Assembly: GCA_028534125.1 (NCBI GenBank)
Contig: CM052816.1
Coordinates: 100,380,001-100,444,000 of the forward strand
DNA length: 64,000 bases
Direction of reading: 5' to 3'
Source: Lama glama
Lineage: Eukaryota
Shown: positions 42,801-55,404 of the stretch, one piece after another
Layout: each line of letters starts with the position of its first letter
Position numbering within the stretch: the first letter of the stretch is position 1
Position numbers and translations under genes: made by a program
Notes under the pieces: generated by a model
The model's input: only the letters and a program-made list of their open reading frames with translations
Databases searched by the model: none
Told to the model about the DNA's origin: nothing

Positions 42801-44508
42801 AGGCCGTCTATAAACAGCCTATAAACATTCTATAAATGCACAATGGAAGAGAATTAGACTTCTTTTTTGCATAATGTTTTTCCCCCAACTTTGTTGCTTA
42901 AAAGCAGCTAACAGGATCCATTGACAGCTTTCAGAAGTGGGCGTCTGACACGTACATTGTAGGGAGTGTTTTGTGTTTGGTGCCTGTGCGCCCGGGGGAT
43001 GACCCCCATTCATGGTGTCCAGATGGGACAGAAGCTTCCAGCAGCAAGGCCAGTGATGGTGTGTGTTGAAATGTGCGGGCGTGGTCACCACGGAGAGTCC
43101 GTCTCCCTGTGATGGTCTGTTAGCCACGAGCGAGTTGCCTGACCAGTCACCTCTCCTCTGTGAACTGTAACTAAACATGCATTTGGGGCCAGAATTGTAG
43201 ATATTTTGCTTAAACTGTGTGTGAACCAACTTCATTTTTGAGGACAAGGGTATGCTAAATTCTGTGAATGGATGCTTTATTTTTTCTCTGAAGTTTGGTT
43301 TTAGGCTTTTTTGAGATCTACATTTGCCTATCTGCTGGAAAAAGAAAAGTGTTGATTTTGGAAAATGACTGTACATGGTACAGAACGTCACAAGAATGCT
43401 CTGGAAATGGTACGCTCTGCTTCCGAGTGGTCCTCTGATGGTTTCGCTTCTCTCAGGAGGGCGTGTGATCCGAGAATTTGTGGAGATACCCCGAACCTGG
43501 AGTGACCTCTCACGCTCTGAGCAGGGGTGGGGTCCTGCCTGGTTCCTCCCGGGTCTGGCTCTGCACCCTCGCTGTAAATATCGGACTCCTTCCTGGATGC
43601 TGGGAGCTCCTGTTTGGTGTCGCCGGATTACGAGGGGGCACCTGCAGCTCAGATCGTCCACTGCCCGAAGGGGAGATGGGGGCCTGGACGGCTGGAGAGG
43701 GAGGGCAGAGGCCTGTCTAGCGCTCAGAGCGCCTTCCGCACCGGCCACCTGCAACCACTGCGTCTTCCAAGGGCAGGTCCATCCTGGGTGCTGGAGTCAT
43801 CCTGGCTAATTCACTGGTCAGTGTGAGCAGGGACCTCCATCTATCCCAGCACCCCGAGGCCTCATCTGCCCCGAGGCAGAGGCTCCCTTCAGAGGCCTCT
43901 GCCCTGTAAAAAGGGTCAGAGGTCCATATGAAAAAAAATTTCAATGAGATTTCGAGTGCACTCTCAGAGCACATGGACGAGTTCACTTCTAACCTGACTA
44001 GTGAACGCCTTCCCACCACGATCCAAATAAAGATGCAATTAAAGCAAGAAAAGTAATAAAACCACGCTGTACAAAAGTGCGCGTGGCCCCAAACCCCCCA
44101 AGTCACCTTGATCCAAAGCAACACCAACTGGGGACACGGTAACAGCTCCTATCTTAGCTTTAGGGCTAAAAATCTTAATTTTTAAGATGTTTTAAATAGT
44201 CAAGGGAAAAACAGACCCGAACACTCAGTAGATGAGTGTCCATCTCATGTGTGACAAGGAAAGACGTGTCGCTGAAAATGCAAGCGCGTGAAATTACCTT
44301 CAAGCCCACGGATAGAGGTCCGGCCTCACACGTGTAAGAGAAAGGCAACCCTTGGAGGGAAGTTGGACAAAAGCTAGCAAAACTGCCCGGCAGCCACCCC
44401 CAGCCCTCAGCACCTCTCCTGGAGGGTGTGCCGAGGTCTTGTCTCCACACTGGGAAGCAGGGCTGGCCCAGGAGTTCCCGCTACAGTGAGACATCCAACG
44501 TTGCCAAC

Positions 44509-44969
44509 TGCGGTGGGGTGAACGGTGGCCTCTGAAGACTGTCCGCGTGCTGACCCCAGACCTGTGAACGGCATCTTATTTGGGAAAAGGGAAAAGGGAA
44601 GATGTGATGGAGGGTTCTGGGATGAGGCGCTTTCCCTGGACTCCCTGGGTGGGCCCTAGATCCAGTGTCAGGGCTCCTGAGAGTGGGAGGCAGACAGAGA
44701 TTAGACGGGCAGATGTAGAACAGGGGTCCCGGAGGAGGTCCCGTGAAGATGGAGGCAGAGACTGGAGTGATGGGACCACAAGCCTGGGACACCAGGACCA
44801 TCAGCAGCTGAAAGGGGCAGGATGGACCGTCCCCTGGAGACGAGGCAGCATGGCTGGGCCAGCACCTTGGTTCACTCTGACTCCCAGAGCTGTGAGAGAA
44901 CACATTTTTGGTGTTTTAAGCCCCTCAGTTTGTGGTGCGTTGTCACAGCAGCCACAAGAGAAGAGTGCA
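44509..44969 (+). mobile_element. MLT1 (ERVL-MaLR) solo LTR
   Basis: TG...CA ends. Diagnostic phrases CCTGTGAA..CTTATTTGGGAAAAGGG, GTGAAGATGGAGGCAGAGACTGGAGTGATG and CCAGAGCTGTGAGAGAACACATTT..GTTTTAAGCC..CAGTTTGTGGT..TTGTCACAGCAGCC. Confidence 0.9.
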
Positions 44970-45029
44970 GGGAACCCGTCGGGGAGAAGGTGATCACAGA
45001 CCAGGAAGCCACACGGGGAAGGGGTGTCC

Positions 45030-46130
45030 GAGCCCCCTCCAGCCGCAGGGTATGGGGCACCTGGGGACGCTGTGATGTCAGGCACGCAGGACGGAGAATA
45101 CCCTTGCGTCGGAGAGACGGCGAGAGGAGCACGGCGGCGCCTGCTCGCTCTGGTGAAGTGGACGAGGAAAGGGTCCACGGGCCCGGCGGTGAAGGCGGTC
45201 ACTCGGGAGAGGAGGGGGCAGGGAGGGAAGCGCCGGGGGGGACTGTACACCGCCCTGGAGCACGCAGGTCGCGTACTGAAAGGGGGACATCCCTGCCAAT
45301 CCTGAGTCATCGGGAAGACCTGGGTTTTCTCAGAAAAACACGCCAAGTCGCTCCCAGCCTGCTGGAGGGTGGCGCTTACACAGGGAGGCCGGAAGGCCGG
45401 GCGAGAGGGCGCGCGGCAGGCTCCAGGCAGAGCCCCGCGCAGTGGCCAGGGGCCGCCGGGCCTGTGCCCCGGGACGCGGCCGCGCAGAGGCGGAGGGCGG
45501 CCCGCGGGAGGCGCGGGCGGGGGCCTGGAGCTCGGGGCGCCGAGGCCGCGGGCCCGTGTCCGCGCGCAGGCCGGGAGGAGGGCGGCCCCGCGGCTCCCCG
45601 GAGTGAGCGGGGGACAGCAGGCGCTTCCGAGGCGGCAGCTCCCGCTGTATTTAGTGTCCAGAGGTCTTTCTGGGCTGTCTCGTGTCCCGTTCGGCATCCA
45701 GAGGAAGGGGCTTATTAAGCTGGGGACCCCGGGGAGGTTTAGAGTCTCTTCTAACGAAAAAAGCCAACGAACGAGGAGCGCGTGCAGGGGGAGGAGGAGG
45801 AGCGGTGGTCCTTCCCCGACACGCAGGGCTACGTGACGGCGGAGAGGGAAGCCCCTCCGCGCAGGGCTCAGCCACGCCGGTCTGCGGCGGGCGCGCACGG
45901 CTGTCACGGGGGCTCGTGTCCTGCGCGCGGCCTAACCCGGCCTCGTCCCGTCACTGGCAAGGGGGCCCTGCATCGGTGACTTTGGCCGCCGCCGTGTTTT
46001 CTCATCATCAGTGTTTTCTTCTAAAAGGGCCAAAGGGAGCACTTTCTGAGACCGGAACCGCCCCAGCACTGCGCCCCCGGGCCGCTCCCTCGCCCCCCCC
46101 CCGGGCAGCACTGACCCGCCTTCTGGTTTT
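45030..46130. promoter_or_regulatory. Orphan CpG island
   Basis: Dense CpG and GC boxes directly 3' of the MLT1 LTR. Confidence 0.7.
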
Positions 46131-48861
46131 TTTCCAGGAGGCGCTTTGATAGCTGCTCCCCAGTTCCCTCATCGGTGCCTTACAACCTCTTACAGTGGGC
46201 TACCCCAGCGCAGTTTCTGAGTAAAGGATCTGGCAAAGAGCTCACTTGTGAGGCAACACGGGAGGGGGCCAGGAGACCCCAGGGGACGTGCCTTGGTGGG
46301 GTCACTGAGACGTTTATCCACTGGCTCCCACTCCAGTGGCAGCAGGTGGCTCCCCAGGCAGAGAGAAGACAAGTCGGGGCCAGAAGCCTTGGCGGGAACG
46401 GAGCTTCCTGCACAGGTGGCCTCCCAGGTGGGTGTCGGGGGTGGGGCCTTCTGCTCCAGCCTCATGATGGCCACCACATCATCTTTGCTGGGGGGCATCC
46501 GCTTCCAGTCCCTCCACGCCGGCCCCACACACTTGCCATGTCTCTGCCTTGTCAGTGCCGCCAGCCCCACTCAGCCTTCTTCAGGCCCCTGCTGCACCCA
46601 GGCTCCGCCCGGTTTCCCTGTTCTTTGCGGGATGCTGGGAGGAGCACCCACACCTCCCTGTCCGTCTCCACAACTCACGCCTTAGTCCCCTCCAGCTGGC
46701 CCTGTTGACATGTTTTGTCATTCCGTCCAAAGGCAGCTTCGTGGGCCCCCGTCCATGGCCTCCAGGCTTTCCTCCTCTGCATCCTGGTCTTCCGTCCTCC
46801 TTCCCCAGGTGTCCCATCTCTCTCTGCTGATGCTCCTCCCCTTCTCCTCCCTGTGTGGGCAATTCCTTGAGGTCCCTACACTTCGTGGCATCAAAAGATG
46901 TGCCTCCAAATGGCCAGATGTGCCCATTGGACCTAGGACCGGGGGAGAAGCCCGGTTTGTACTGGTACCTCATTCTCCAGCGACTTGGGAAGTGGCTGAG
47001 AGCGGTGAGTTGTGCCCCCGGGCTGGGCGGGGGCTGGCTGGGGTGTCTGCGGCATGGGGACCACCTTGGCGTCCTTAGAGACCACACTCACGGGGAGATG
47101 CGGGTGGAGTCTGTTCAGGGGGCCGACCCCGGCCATGGGGGCGACCGGGCTGGTGAGCAGGGACTGGCCGAGGAGCAGGGTCTCAGTCATTTGTTAGAAA
47201 AATACAGGCACACTTGACTTCAGTGTCATCAAAATAGGAACTCTGATTTAAAAAAATAACTTTTCTCTTGTGTCGCACCGCAAGGCTCTATCGACTGAGT
47301 GCGTGTCCGGCATCTCCCCCTTTCAGCTGCCCCGTGTGGTCTCGGGACATGTCCCAGCAGGGAGGGAGCGAACCTCCAGGGCCTGGGGGTCCTCCACGGC
47401 GATGATCGCCGGTGGCCGTGGTCTGATGCAGCACAGACTCATGCCGTTAATCCCGCCTGGCGGGAGCCTCTCCTTGCTGCTGAGCGATGGTCTGATTTGG
47501 AGGCTCCCAGCAGGAGGGCGGAGAAGCCTCACCGGCCAGAGGAACTGACAGCAGCCGTCCCTGGGCGGCGTCGGTGGGCCGAGCCTTCTTGACGCAGTTC
47601 ACTTGTGATCTTTTAAAGCCGTCAGACCAGAGTGATTCTCAGTCATTGTGCTCTGGAGTGGATTTAAAATCATGTCCCAGAGGTGGCAGATTAACAGATT
47701 AAACAGGCCAAGCGCTAACCTCGTGCGTAGTCCTGGCTCCTTACCCACAACATGCAGGTCTTCAGTGAGGCGCCAGTCGGCTTAGAGCCGGCTTCCCAGG
47801 GACGCGCCCGCTGAGCAGCAGGACCGCAGAGCTCCCTGGTCTGGGTGCCACGAGGAGGCAGAGACCTGCCCAGCGTCCATGAAAAGTGATGACTTTACGT
47901 TTGTTCTTTGGACCCAGGGAAATGCTGCTTGTTTGTTCCCGGCAACTCATGGCGGGATGCCTCCCACTGTTCGTGTATCTCCGCGATTTTCTGGGAGGCA
48001 ATACACGTCACTCTTTACTATTTGACGTGGAATTCCCAGGGAAAGCGAGGAGGGGAAGATGTCAGAGACATCGACTGCCCCCCCCCGCGTTTTGCTGGTC
48101 AGGGTTTGGGGTGCGAATGAGGGTCGGGGTGGGCAGTCGTCTGAAACCTCTCCAGCTGCCCGGGACTGTCTGAGGTGAATGTGCTAAACCCTCGCCGTGT
48201 GCAGGGAGGGCTGGGCTTTCGGCTTCTGCTCTTACACTTTGCCGTTTAAGGTCAATATCTGGAGCAGAATTGTGAATTCTGCATCGTGCCAGGAAAAGCC
48301 AGCTTGAACTCCTCTCTCAGAAAAGTCAACGCTCTTCTCGTCCGAGTGGCTCCTGGTGTGTGTCCCGCAGCCGGGGGGAGTCCGCCCCGAGGAGCGGCCC
48401 GGGGACCGCAGGTGCGCGTTCCTGCGGGGCGCCGGCTCTCCGGGCACAGCTGCGCTCCTCTCTGAGTGCGCGAGAACCGTCCACCCCGTGCCACTGTTTC
48501 CCCAGGGCCGGGCAGGAGCCAGGCTCCCACAGGTGCTGGCTGAGTGCTCAGTGATACAGGTATGTTTGAGTGGATCTGTCCTCTGCCCACCTGGAGTCTG
48601 CATGCTTCTCCGGAACAACCCTCGTGGTCCCTGATAAACGCTTTGGGGACTCACACAGGCTGCTGTGGGAGAGTTTCTCTTCCTCTGGGCTTTATATGGA
48701 GACTTTCCTACAGGATTCTGTACTTTAAGTGCCGTCTTTAGTGCTGGTCCCCCCCTTATGATGGGGATGCTGGCGGACAGACAGACCCTCACGGCTCACA
48801 GTTCCTTTTTCCTTAGGACGAGCCCCAGCCAAGCAAAGCGCACATGGAACGTCTCTTCTAA

Positions 48862-48935
48862 TTCTTTTTTGACTGAAGTGTAGTCGCTTCACAGCGTTGT
48901 CTCAGTTTCTGACGTGCAGCGTCATGTCTCAGTGA
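48862..48935 (-). mobile_element. L1 extreme 3' end fragment (L1MA/laurasiatherian type)
   Basis: TTTTTTGACTGAAGTGTAGTCGCTTCACAGCGTTGTCTCAGTTTCTGACGTGCAGC aligns with the recalled antisense L1 end TTTTTATTGAAGTATAGTTGATTTACAATGTTGTGTTAGTTTCTGGTGTACAGC. Confidence 0.7.
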
Positions 48936-50034
48936 GATGCACGTGGAGCTTTGCGTGTGGATGGTACAGGCTCCGCTCGAAGGTGTGCTTTCTGCTTCCG
49001 AAACTTCAGAGACGAGAAGCTCTCTGGGCGCCCTTTTGCGGTCCCGCCCTCTGGATCGCGAGGCGGTCTGAGGCGTGCTGCCTCCCGGACCGCACTTTCC
49101 ATGGGGCTCTTTCAGAGACGCTCTGGGAAAAGCACTTAGAAGGCAGAACCTGAAGCCTCAGGAACCATGAGTACTTTGATTTCACCAAGAAGCACTGGGG
49201 CAGAGCAGCCCTGGCGGCCATAGGCCCCGCAGGGTCCCTGTGGGGCTCGGGCACGTCGTATCTGGAAGACCCCACGGCCGGGTCCCGGGGGCGACCTGGG
49301 GGCTCAGCTCCGACAGGCGTGGGGGCCTCGCTCATCTCAAGGCTCAGCTCCCTGGAGACACCGGTGATGCCACAGGGACACAGACAGGTCATTACAAAGA
49401 GGGGGGGAGTTTAACTCCCAAGGCTCCGTCTGTGTGTGTGCACGTGTCACACGGGAAACCCCGCAGTGCAGCCATCTGTGGAGGGACAAAGCATCAAGCT
49501 GGGGAGGTGCCCAGCTGCATGGTCAGCTCAGTCCCTGCCCCAAGGGACTATGATGCCCGCTCACTCCCAGAGACGCTGGCACACCCAGGGGGCCCAGGAC
49601 GGCATTGGGCAGACAGGCTGAACTCTCCCCCCGCGAGCCAGGAGTCCCTGGCCGAGGCCCCGAGGAGACAGGGCAGGCTGCGGCATGCGGAGCCACCCCC
49701 TAGGGTGACAGAAGGAGGAGGTGTGGACAGGCGCTGGGAGGACCCGCCAGCGCTGGGAGAGTCCCTCTGCGAGCGCCGGCCGGCATGTCTGGGAAGGTGC
49801 CATGCGTGCCGCCAGCACAGGAGAGGCACTCACTTTCTGCGTTTTTACTGTCTGTGAGGTCAAGTTGTGCACAGAACCTGCTGTTCACCCTTTCAGAAGT
49901 GTGTTTAACACCTGGTGATCTCCGAGTTAAAGCTGGAGAACTTCTGGTTAACTTGTGTGGGATACTGTGTCGCTGGGCCCTGGGCTTCAGGCCGGGTGTC
50001 GGTCCCCCTCCTGAGTGGCTCCAGGTGGCACCTG

Positions 50035-50285
50035 CCCTGTCTTATCACTGCTCCTTCTATGCCAGCACAGGGGCCCCTGTGCAACCAAGACTGGCCCAGG
50101 TGGATGGATGAGTGAGTGAAGGAGTGACTGAGTCAATGAATGAGTGAATGAATGACAGATCGAGTGAATGAATGAGTGATGAACGAAGGAGTGAGAGTGA
50201 GTGAGGGAGTGAATGAGTGAACCAATGAATGAGTCATTGAATGAATGAATGAATCAGTGAATGAACGAGTGAATGAAGGAGGGAG
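50035..50285 (+). repeat. (TGAA/TGAG)n degenerate tetranucleotide array, probably an expanded L2 tail
   Basis: The GAATGAAT/GAGTGAGT array spans ~50100-50280. It is preceded by TGTCTTATCACTGCT..GCCAGCACAG, which resembles the L2 3' region. Confidence 0.75.
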
Positions 50286-51616
50286 AGAGGGAGTGATGAA
50301 AACAGCCCAGCGTTTTCATCCTGAGAGAGCAGGCTGACGTGTGGGGCAAAGCAAGGGTCCTGAGACCCCACCTGTGAGAGCCCCTTAGTGTGCATGGAGG
50401 GCAGGTGGGTGTTGGGGAGCAGTGGGGGCCACACTGGTCCGGGGGGTGGAGGGTCCCCGAGGACATGGCAGAGGTGGGGGCGGGCAGAGCAGGCAGGGAC
50501 TGGGAGCAGGTGAGGACGTGATGGGATGGCGGGTAGGGGGACAGGAGACCTTGAAGGTGCTGGGTCCAGGAGTGGGTGAGGGGCTGAGGAGCAGCCAGCC
50601 AGATCAGCGAAGAGGGGAGAGGACCTGCTGGGGTGCAGGTGGGCATGGCAAAGGCCTAGAGCATCAGATGACAACAGGCGGTCTGCTCGGCCACCTGCAC
50701 CGGGCAGGTGGGTGGGCGGATTTGGTACGTGTCGGGGTGGGCTTGGAGGGGACGGCCGGGATCCCTGGCACCTCGGGGGCCAGAGGAAGAGGATCAGGCA
50801 GAGAAACGGATGCGAGCCCCCGGGAGTGTAGGGGCTGCGTGCAGCCTCCTGGGACCACGGGAAGAGGGGTTTCCAGCTGGCTCCACGTCCCCAAGAGGAC
50901 AGGAAAGCAACGGACAGAAGCGGTCTCTGGTTTTCTGCATCACGTGACCAAGGTGTGACGATGCCAGTTTGGGGACAGAGGGGAGCTGACACCTGGTGGG
51001 GGCTGGGAGCAGCCGTGTGCTCGGAAACACTTTAAGTAATCAGACATCGAGAGCCTGACACTCCCACGTGTTTTCAGTTGCTTTGTGTCTGAGGAGAGCA
51101 GAGAATGTTCCTTAAAGTCTTTTATGACATGTGAAGTGTTCAAATGTGTAAATTTGCAAATTGATCTTCAGCCTTTGACAGCTGTGAGGCATCTTAGGAA
51201 TCCCTTTTCTTGCCCCAAATGCAGAGACTTTTCGAGGAGAGGAGTGTATCTGTCCTGTGTAGCTCCCTGGGGACCATGTTGTCCCCCCAGGCCCGCTCCA
51301 CACAGAGGGGGCCCAGCAGGAGGCAGTCCTGGCCGAGGGGCTCCCTGAGCAAATTAGCAGGAGGACAGGCTCCTGGCATCTTCGTCAGGGCTGGCGCCGG
51401 ATGGGAGGCTTAATTACAGACAGGAAGGAAGGTCAGGGTGACTTTTCTCCCTTTCAGTCACAGGCACAGTACCCAGTTTCTGTGGATTCGAACCATCAGA
51501 GCCTGGAGAGTGTGGTGGGCTGGGGGGCGGGGAGGATGGAGAGGGGGTCGAGGGGGAAGGTAAGGAGTCCAGCTGTGAGGTCCCAGAAATGGGTCCAGTT
51601 TTGACCAGAGTGAGAC

Positions 51617-51676
51617 CCAGGACACACCCGGGACACACCCAAGATGCAGCCAGGGCACACTCAGGACACGCAGCCT
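51617..51676 (+). repeat. Short degenerate ~11-bp tandem repeat (CAGGACACACC-like)
   Basis: CCAGGACACAC CCGGGACACAC CCAAGATGCAG CCAGGGCACAC TCAGGACACGC. Confidence 0.6.
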
Positions 51677-52345
51677 CCTGCACAGCTGGTACTACAGGCG
51701 TGAGTCACCATGTCCATCAGATGCCCAGGACATGCCCGTAACTCACAGGTCAGTGAGGAGGAGGCTGCAGGCAGGGGTCGGTCTGCTAAGAACTCGGGGT
51801 CCAGGTGGAAGGAGAGCGCAGGCTCAGCAGGCCATCTCCACCTCAGACACGGGCAGGCTGCGGGTGCACGCAGCGCTGGGGGCGGCTGGGGGCGGCTGCC
51901 TTCATCCCGTCGGTGGTCCCCTCCTCCTTGGGTGGGGGGTGCTGCCCCGATGGCGGGAACTCAGACCCCCTGGCCCCGCAGCACATCGGGGGAGTGAGGG
52001 AGCGAGACTATGGCTCCTCAGAGCCTGAGCACAGGCCTGTGTCCCTCAGTGTCCCCAGAGGCCACATCCCCCCCATCTCCTCTGCTTGTCCAAGAACCTC
52101 TGTCCTTTGTGTTTTCATCAGTTCTGTCCTTGAGGGTGAGAAGGGCAGAGTCAGCCCGGCACCAGGGTCAGCTCGGGCCATGGGGGGTGTTGGGGGGGCA
52201 GCCAGGAGTGCCCCCATGTCCCTTGCCGCCCAGTGTCCTCAGGGACTGTCCGTGTGCTGCTCCCGTGAATCCCAGGGGAGGGGCTGGGGGCCAGGGTCCA
52301 GCTCTCCGTCCACCAGGAGACTCGTCCCTGGGGGTGGTGGGGGGG

Positions 52346-52845
52346 NNNNNNNNNNNNNNNNNNNNNNNNNNNNNNNNNNNNNNNNNNNNNNNNNNNNNNN
52401 NNNNNNNNNNNNNNNNNNNNNNNNNNNNNNNNNNNNNNNNNNNNNNNNNNNNNNNNNNNNNNNNNNNNNNNNNNNNNNNNNNNNNNNNNNNNNNNNNNNN
52501 NNNNNNNNNNNNNNNNNNNNNNNNNNNNNNNNNNNNNNNNNNNNNNNNNNNNNNNNNNNNNNNNNNNNNNNNNNNNNNNNNNNNNNNNNNNNNNNNNNNN
52601 NNNNNNNNNNNNNNNNNNNNNNNNNNNNNNNNNNNNNNNNNNNNNNNNNNNNNNNNNNNNNNNNNNNNNNNNNNNNNNNNNNNNNNNNNNNNNNNNNNNN
52701 NNNNNNNNNNNNNNNNNNNNNNNNNNNNNNNNNNNNNNNNNNNNNNNNNNNNNNNNNNNNNNNNNNNNNNNNNNNNNNNNNNNNNNNNNNNNNNNNNNNN
52801 NNNNNNNNNNNNNNNNNNNNNNNNNNNNNNNNNNNNNNNNNNNNN
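52346..52845. other. Assembly gap (500 N)
   Basis: Exactly 500 Ns, most likely a scaffolding placeholder length. Confidence 0.99.
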
Positions 52846-53179
52846 CAGCCCCCAGCCCCTCGCAGGGCAGCCCTGTGTCTCCTGCTCTTTGGCTCTAGTT
52901 GCACGATTAAGTGGCAAGTGGCCGGAACGCACTTCGGTTCTCCTGTGAATCCTTTCAGGAGAAAACACAAATTTGCCAAGGACATACGGGTGCCTTTGAA
53001 GACCCTGGACGGTTTGGGTCGCGTGCCCCGCGCCACGACTCCCACTTCAGAGGAGCCCGCTGATCCGGGCAAGTGCAATTTTGACTTGTTTATTGGCAAG
53101 CGCTTGACGCTTCTCCCTGTGACACAGCTGTGGGTAATTTCCCTCCACAGGCTGTTTCGGGGTTTCCTGGTTATCAAAG

Positions 53180-53600
53180 CCCCGGACATCTGCCCGCCGC
53201 GTGGGGGGAGCTCGCGCCCGCCCCCCGGCACCCCCCACCCCGGGCCCTCCGGCGGGCCTGGGCGCGGAAGGGGCGTCATGCGTGGAAGGCGAGCTGGAAA
53301 GCGCCCTTCCCTCCGCTATGGTTTTATTTTCCCTTCTTGCGTTTCCGTTGGTTTTTCAACGCGAAGCAGCCATGGTGGGAAACTGAAGGGAGCGCTTTTG
53401 GGTTAATCCTAGGCGAGCGTCCGAGCCGCCCTGACGCAGCCCAGCCCGCGGCCTGCAGACGGGCGCGTCTTCCCGGGCACCTCGCTCCCAGCGGGGCCCT
53501 CGCCTCGCCTCCCCACCTGACCCTCCATGTTGTCGTTCGTCTCCGAGCCCACGCGGCGGCCGACGGTTCACCGGGCACGCCTTCTGTCGAGATGGTTTAG
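53180..53600. promoter_or_regulatory. Small CpG-rich island
   Basis: Dense CpG and GC boxes. Confidence 0.5.
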
Positions 53601-55404
53601 AAGGATGTCCTGGAAGCCCGAGTCTGGAGACGGGATGAGCACACCTGCCCAAGCTCGGGGGCTTCCGAGTCACGCGTCACATGACAGCCCAGGAGGCGGC
53701 TCGCCTGGCTCCCAGCACCCGTGCAGGCAGCAGAGAGGCAGGTGCGAGAGAAAAGGCAAGGCTCCCCGTGAACCAGCGAGCACAGAGGAGCAAACCCAAA
53801 ATGCCGGCGAGAAAACCCCGCCTCAGCCACTTCTGAGCTGAGAGCAGAAGTTCGGGCCACGTCTCTGGGGGCCCCACGCAGGCCTGCGTCGGCACTGCCC
53901 AGGTGGACAGGTCGGCCTAGGGCATCTCCGCAGGGCCAGGGTCCTCAGGCCTTTGCGATTCCCCTCAGAGACTCCGCTCTCGCCCGGACCCCCGGGGCCC
54001 GCCCAACTGCAGCGTGATGAGCCCCCAGGGGACGGGGTCGAGGCTCTTGGCTGTGGAATGTCAGGCCTGCCCTCCGTGGGGGGCCAGCTTATGTCCCCCC
54101 AAGTCACAGCTCAGGCTGCCCCACAGGAAAGGCGAGGCAGCAGCTGGGGGTCTGGGTGGCTGGGCGGTGCCATCTGGCAGTGGGGACGGGAGCTGATGTC
54201 ACCTGTGGCTCCAGGTGGTTTCCACTCCCACAGACGGTCGCGGTTGGAACCTCTTGGCAGCTAAGAGTTTGGAAGGATGGCATTTGCCCTTTGTGTGTAC
54301 TCTGCCTCCTGGGTAAACGGAAAAACTTTCTTTGTTATTTTCTGATTGACTCTTCCTCACGAGTCCTCCGGGCAGCGAACAGCCCAGGGCACAGGCCCAG
54401 GTGCCCGGTGACAGGGCCCGATTCCTCCTGCAGGGCTAAGTCCTCAAACGGCGCAGCCCGTGAATCCTAGGACGGCCGCACGCATCGTTAGGGAGAGAAA
54501 TGGTGCTGTTCACCTGCACGTTGAGTGCAGCCTCTGGACTCCATAAAGTGACCCGAAAGCAGGAGAACAGGACAGGCGGAGGAACAAAGGGAAGACATGA
54601 CGTGATCGTGCGGCCTGCGCGGAGCCCCAGGGTGGAGGGAGGAGGCCGCCCACCCACAGCTGCACGGACAGCGCGTCTCCTGGGCGCCTTCTGTTTGTCT
54701 TAGGAGCTTCCCGACGATTAAGACAGAAGGACAGAAAGTAAAGAAAGAAGGAAGAATGGGAGAGAAGGATGGAGGAAAGACAGGAAAGGAAGGGAGGGTT
54801 CCCCAAGAAGTCCTGAGGACAGTTTGCGTCTGGGGCACAGGGACTGCACGAAGCCGCTCCCCACCAGTCTGAATGCAGCCCCAGGACGGCGCGTCTGCTT
54901 GGACGGTGGGAGTCTTAGACGGTAGGTCTGTTTATGGGAAGCGATGGCCTTCCCACCCAGTGTTTACCTGAAGCACTGGGGGCAGGACAGTGGTTCCAGG
55001 ACAGAGAGTCTTCGTGGACATCCAAGCCTTGGACAGGACTTTGTCACTGCATCCTAGCTCCAGTTAAGCTGGCCGCTCTAACTGACCAGCCCCTTCATCC
55101 TGCTCTAGGCTGGGCAGGGGAGGGGGGTGGAGCGAGAGCCAACTCAAACCCCTGGCTAACCCCTCCCTGCGGGGCCACCACCCCTCACCTTCCCAGTCCT
55201 GGCGTTTTTGTGTTTGTCACTGCCATTGTGTGTGCACGCCGTGTCCACCAGGGTGCATCTCATACTCCTGCGTCCACCTTCATCCCCGCTGCCCAGCCCC
55301 CTAGTGTCGGCTAGTCCGCTGATTTGCAGTCGCGTTTGACGTTGGTTAGATGTCACCGTGGACCTGGCCCTGGCACTCTGTTCTCACGACTTCTGGAGGA
55401 AGGA

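Noticed and set aside
44801..45907. 368-aa and 298-aa ORFs
   Set aside because: They span an LTR and a CpG island, are low-complexity and open on both strands, so they are compositional artefacts.
40000..50000. Orthologue of human lncRNA LSINCT5, recalled as lying some tens of kb downstream of IRX2
   Set aside because: Positional expectation only; I cannot recognise its sequence here.
51805..53406. 533-, 346-, 312- and 266-aa ORFs
   Set aside because: Their length comes from reading through the 500-N gap.
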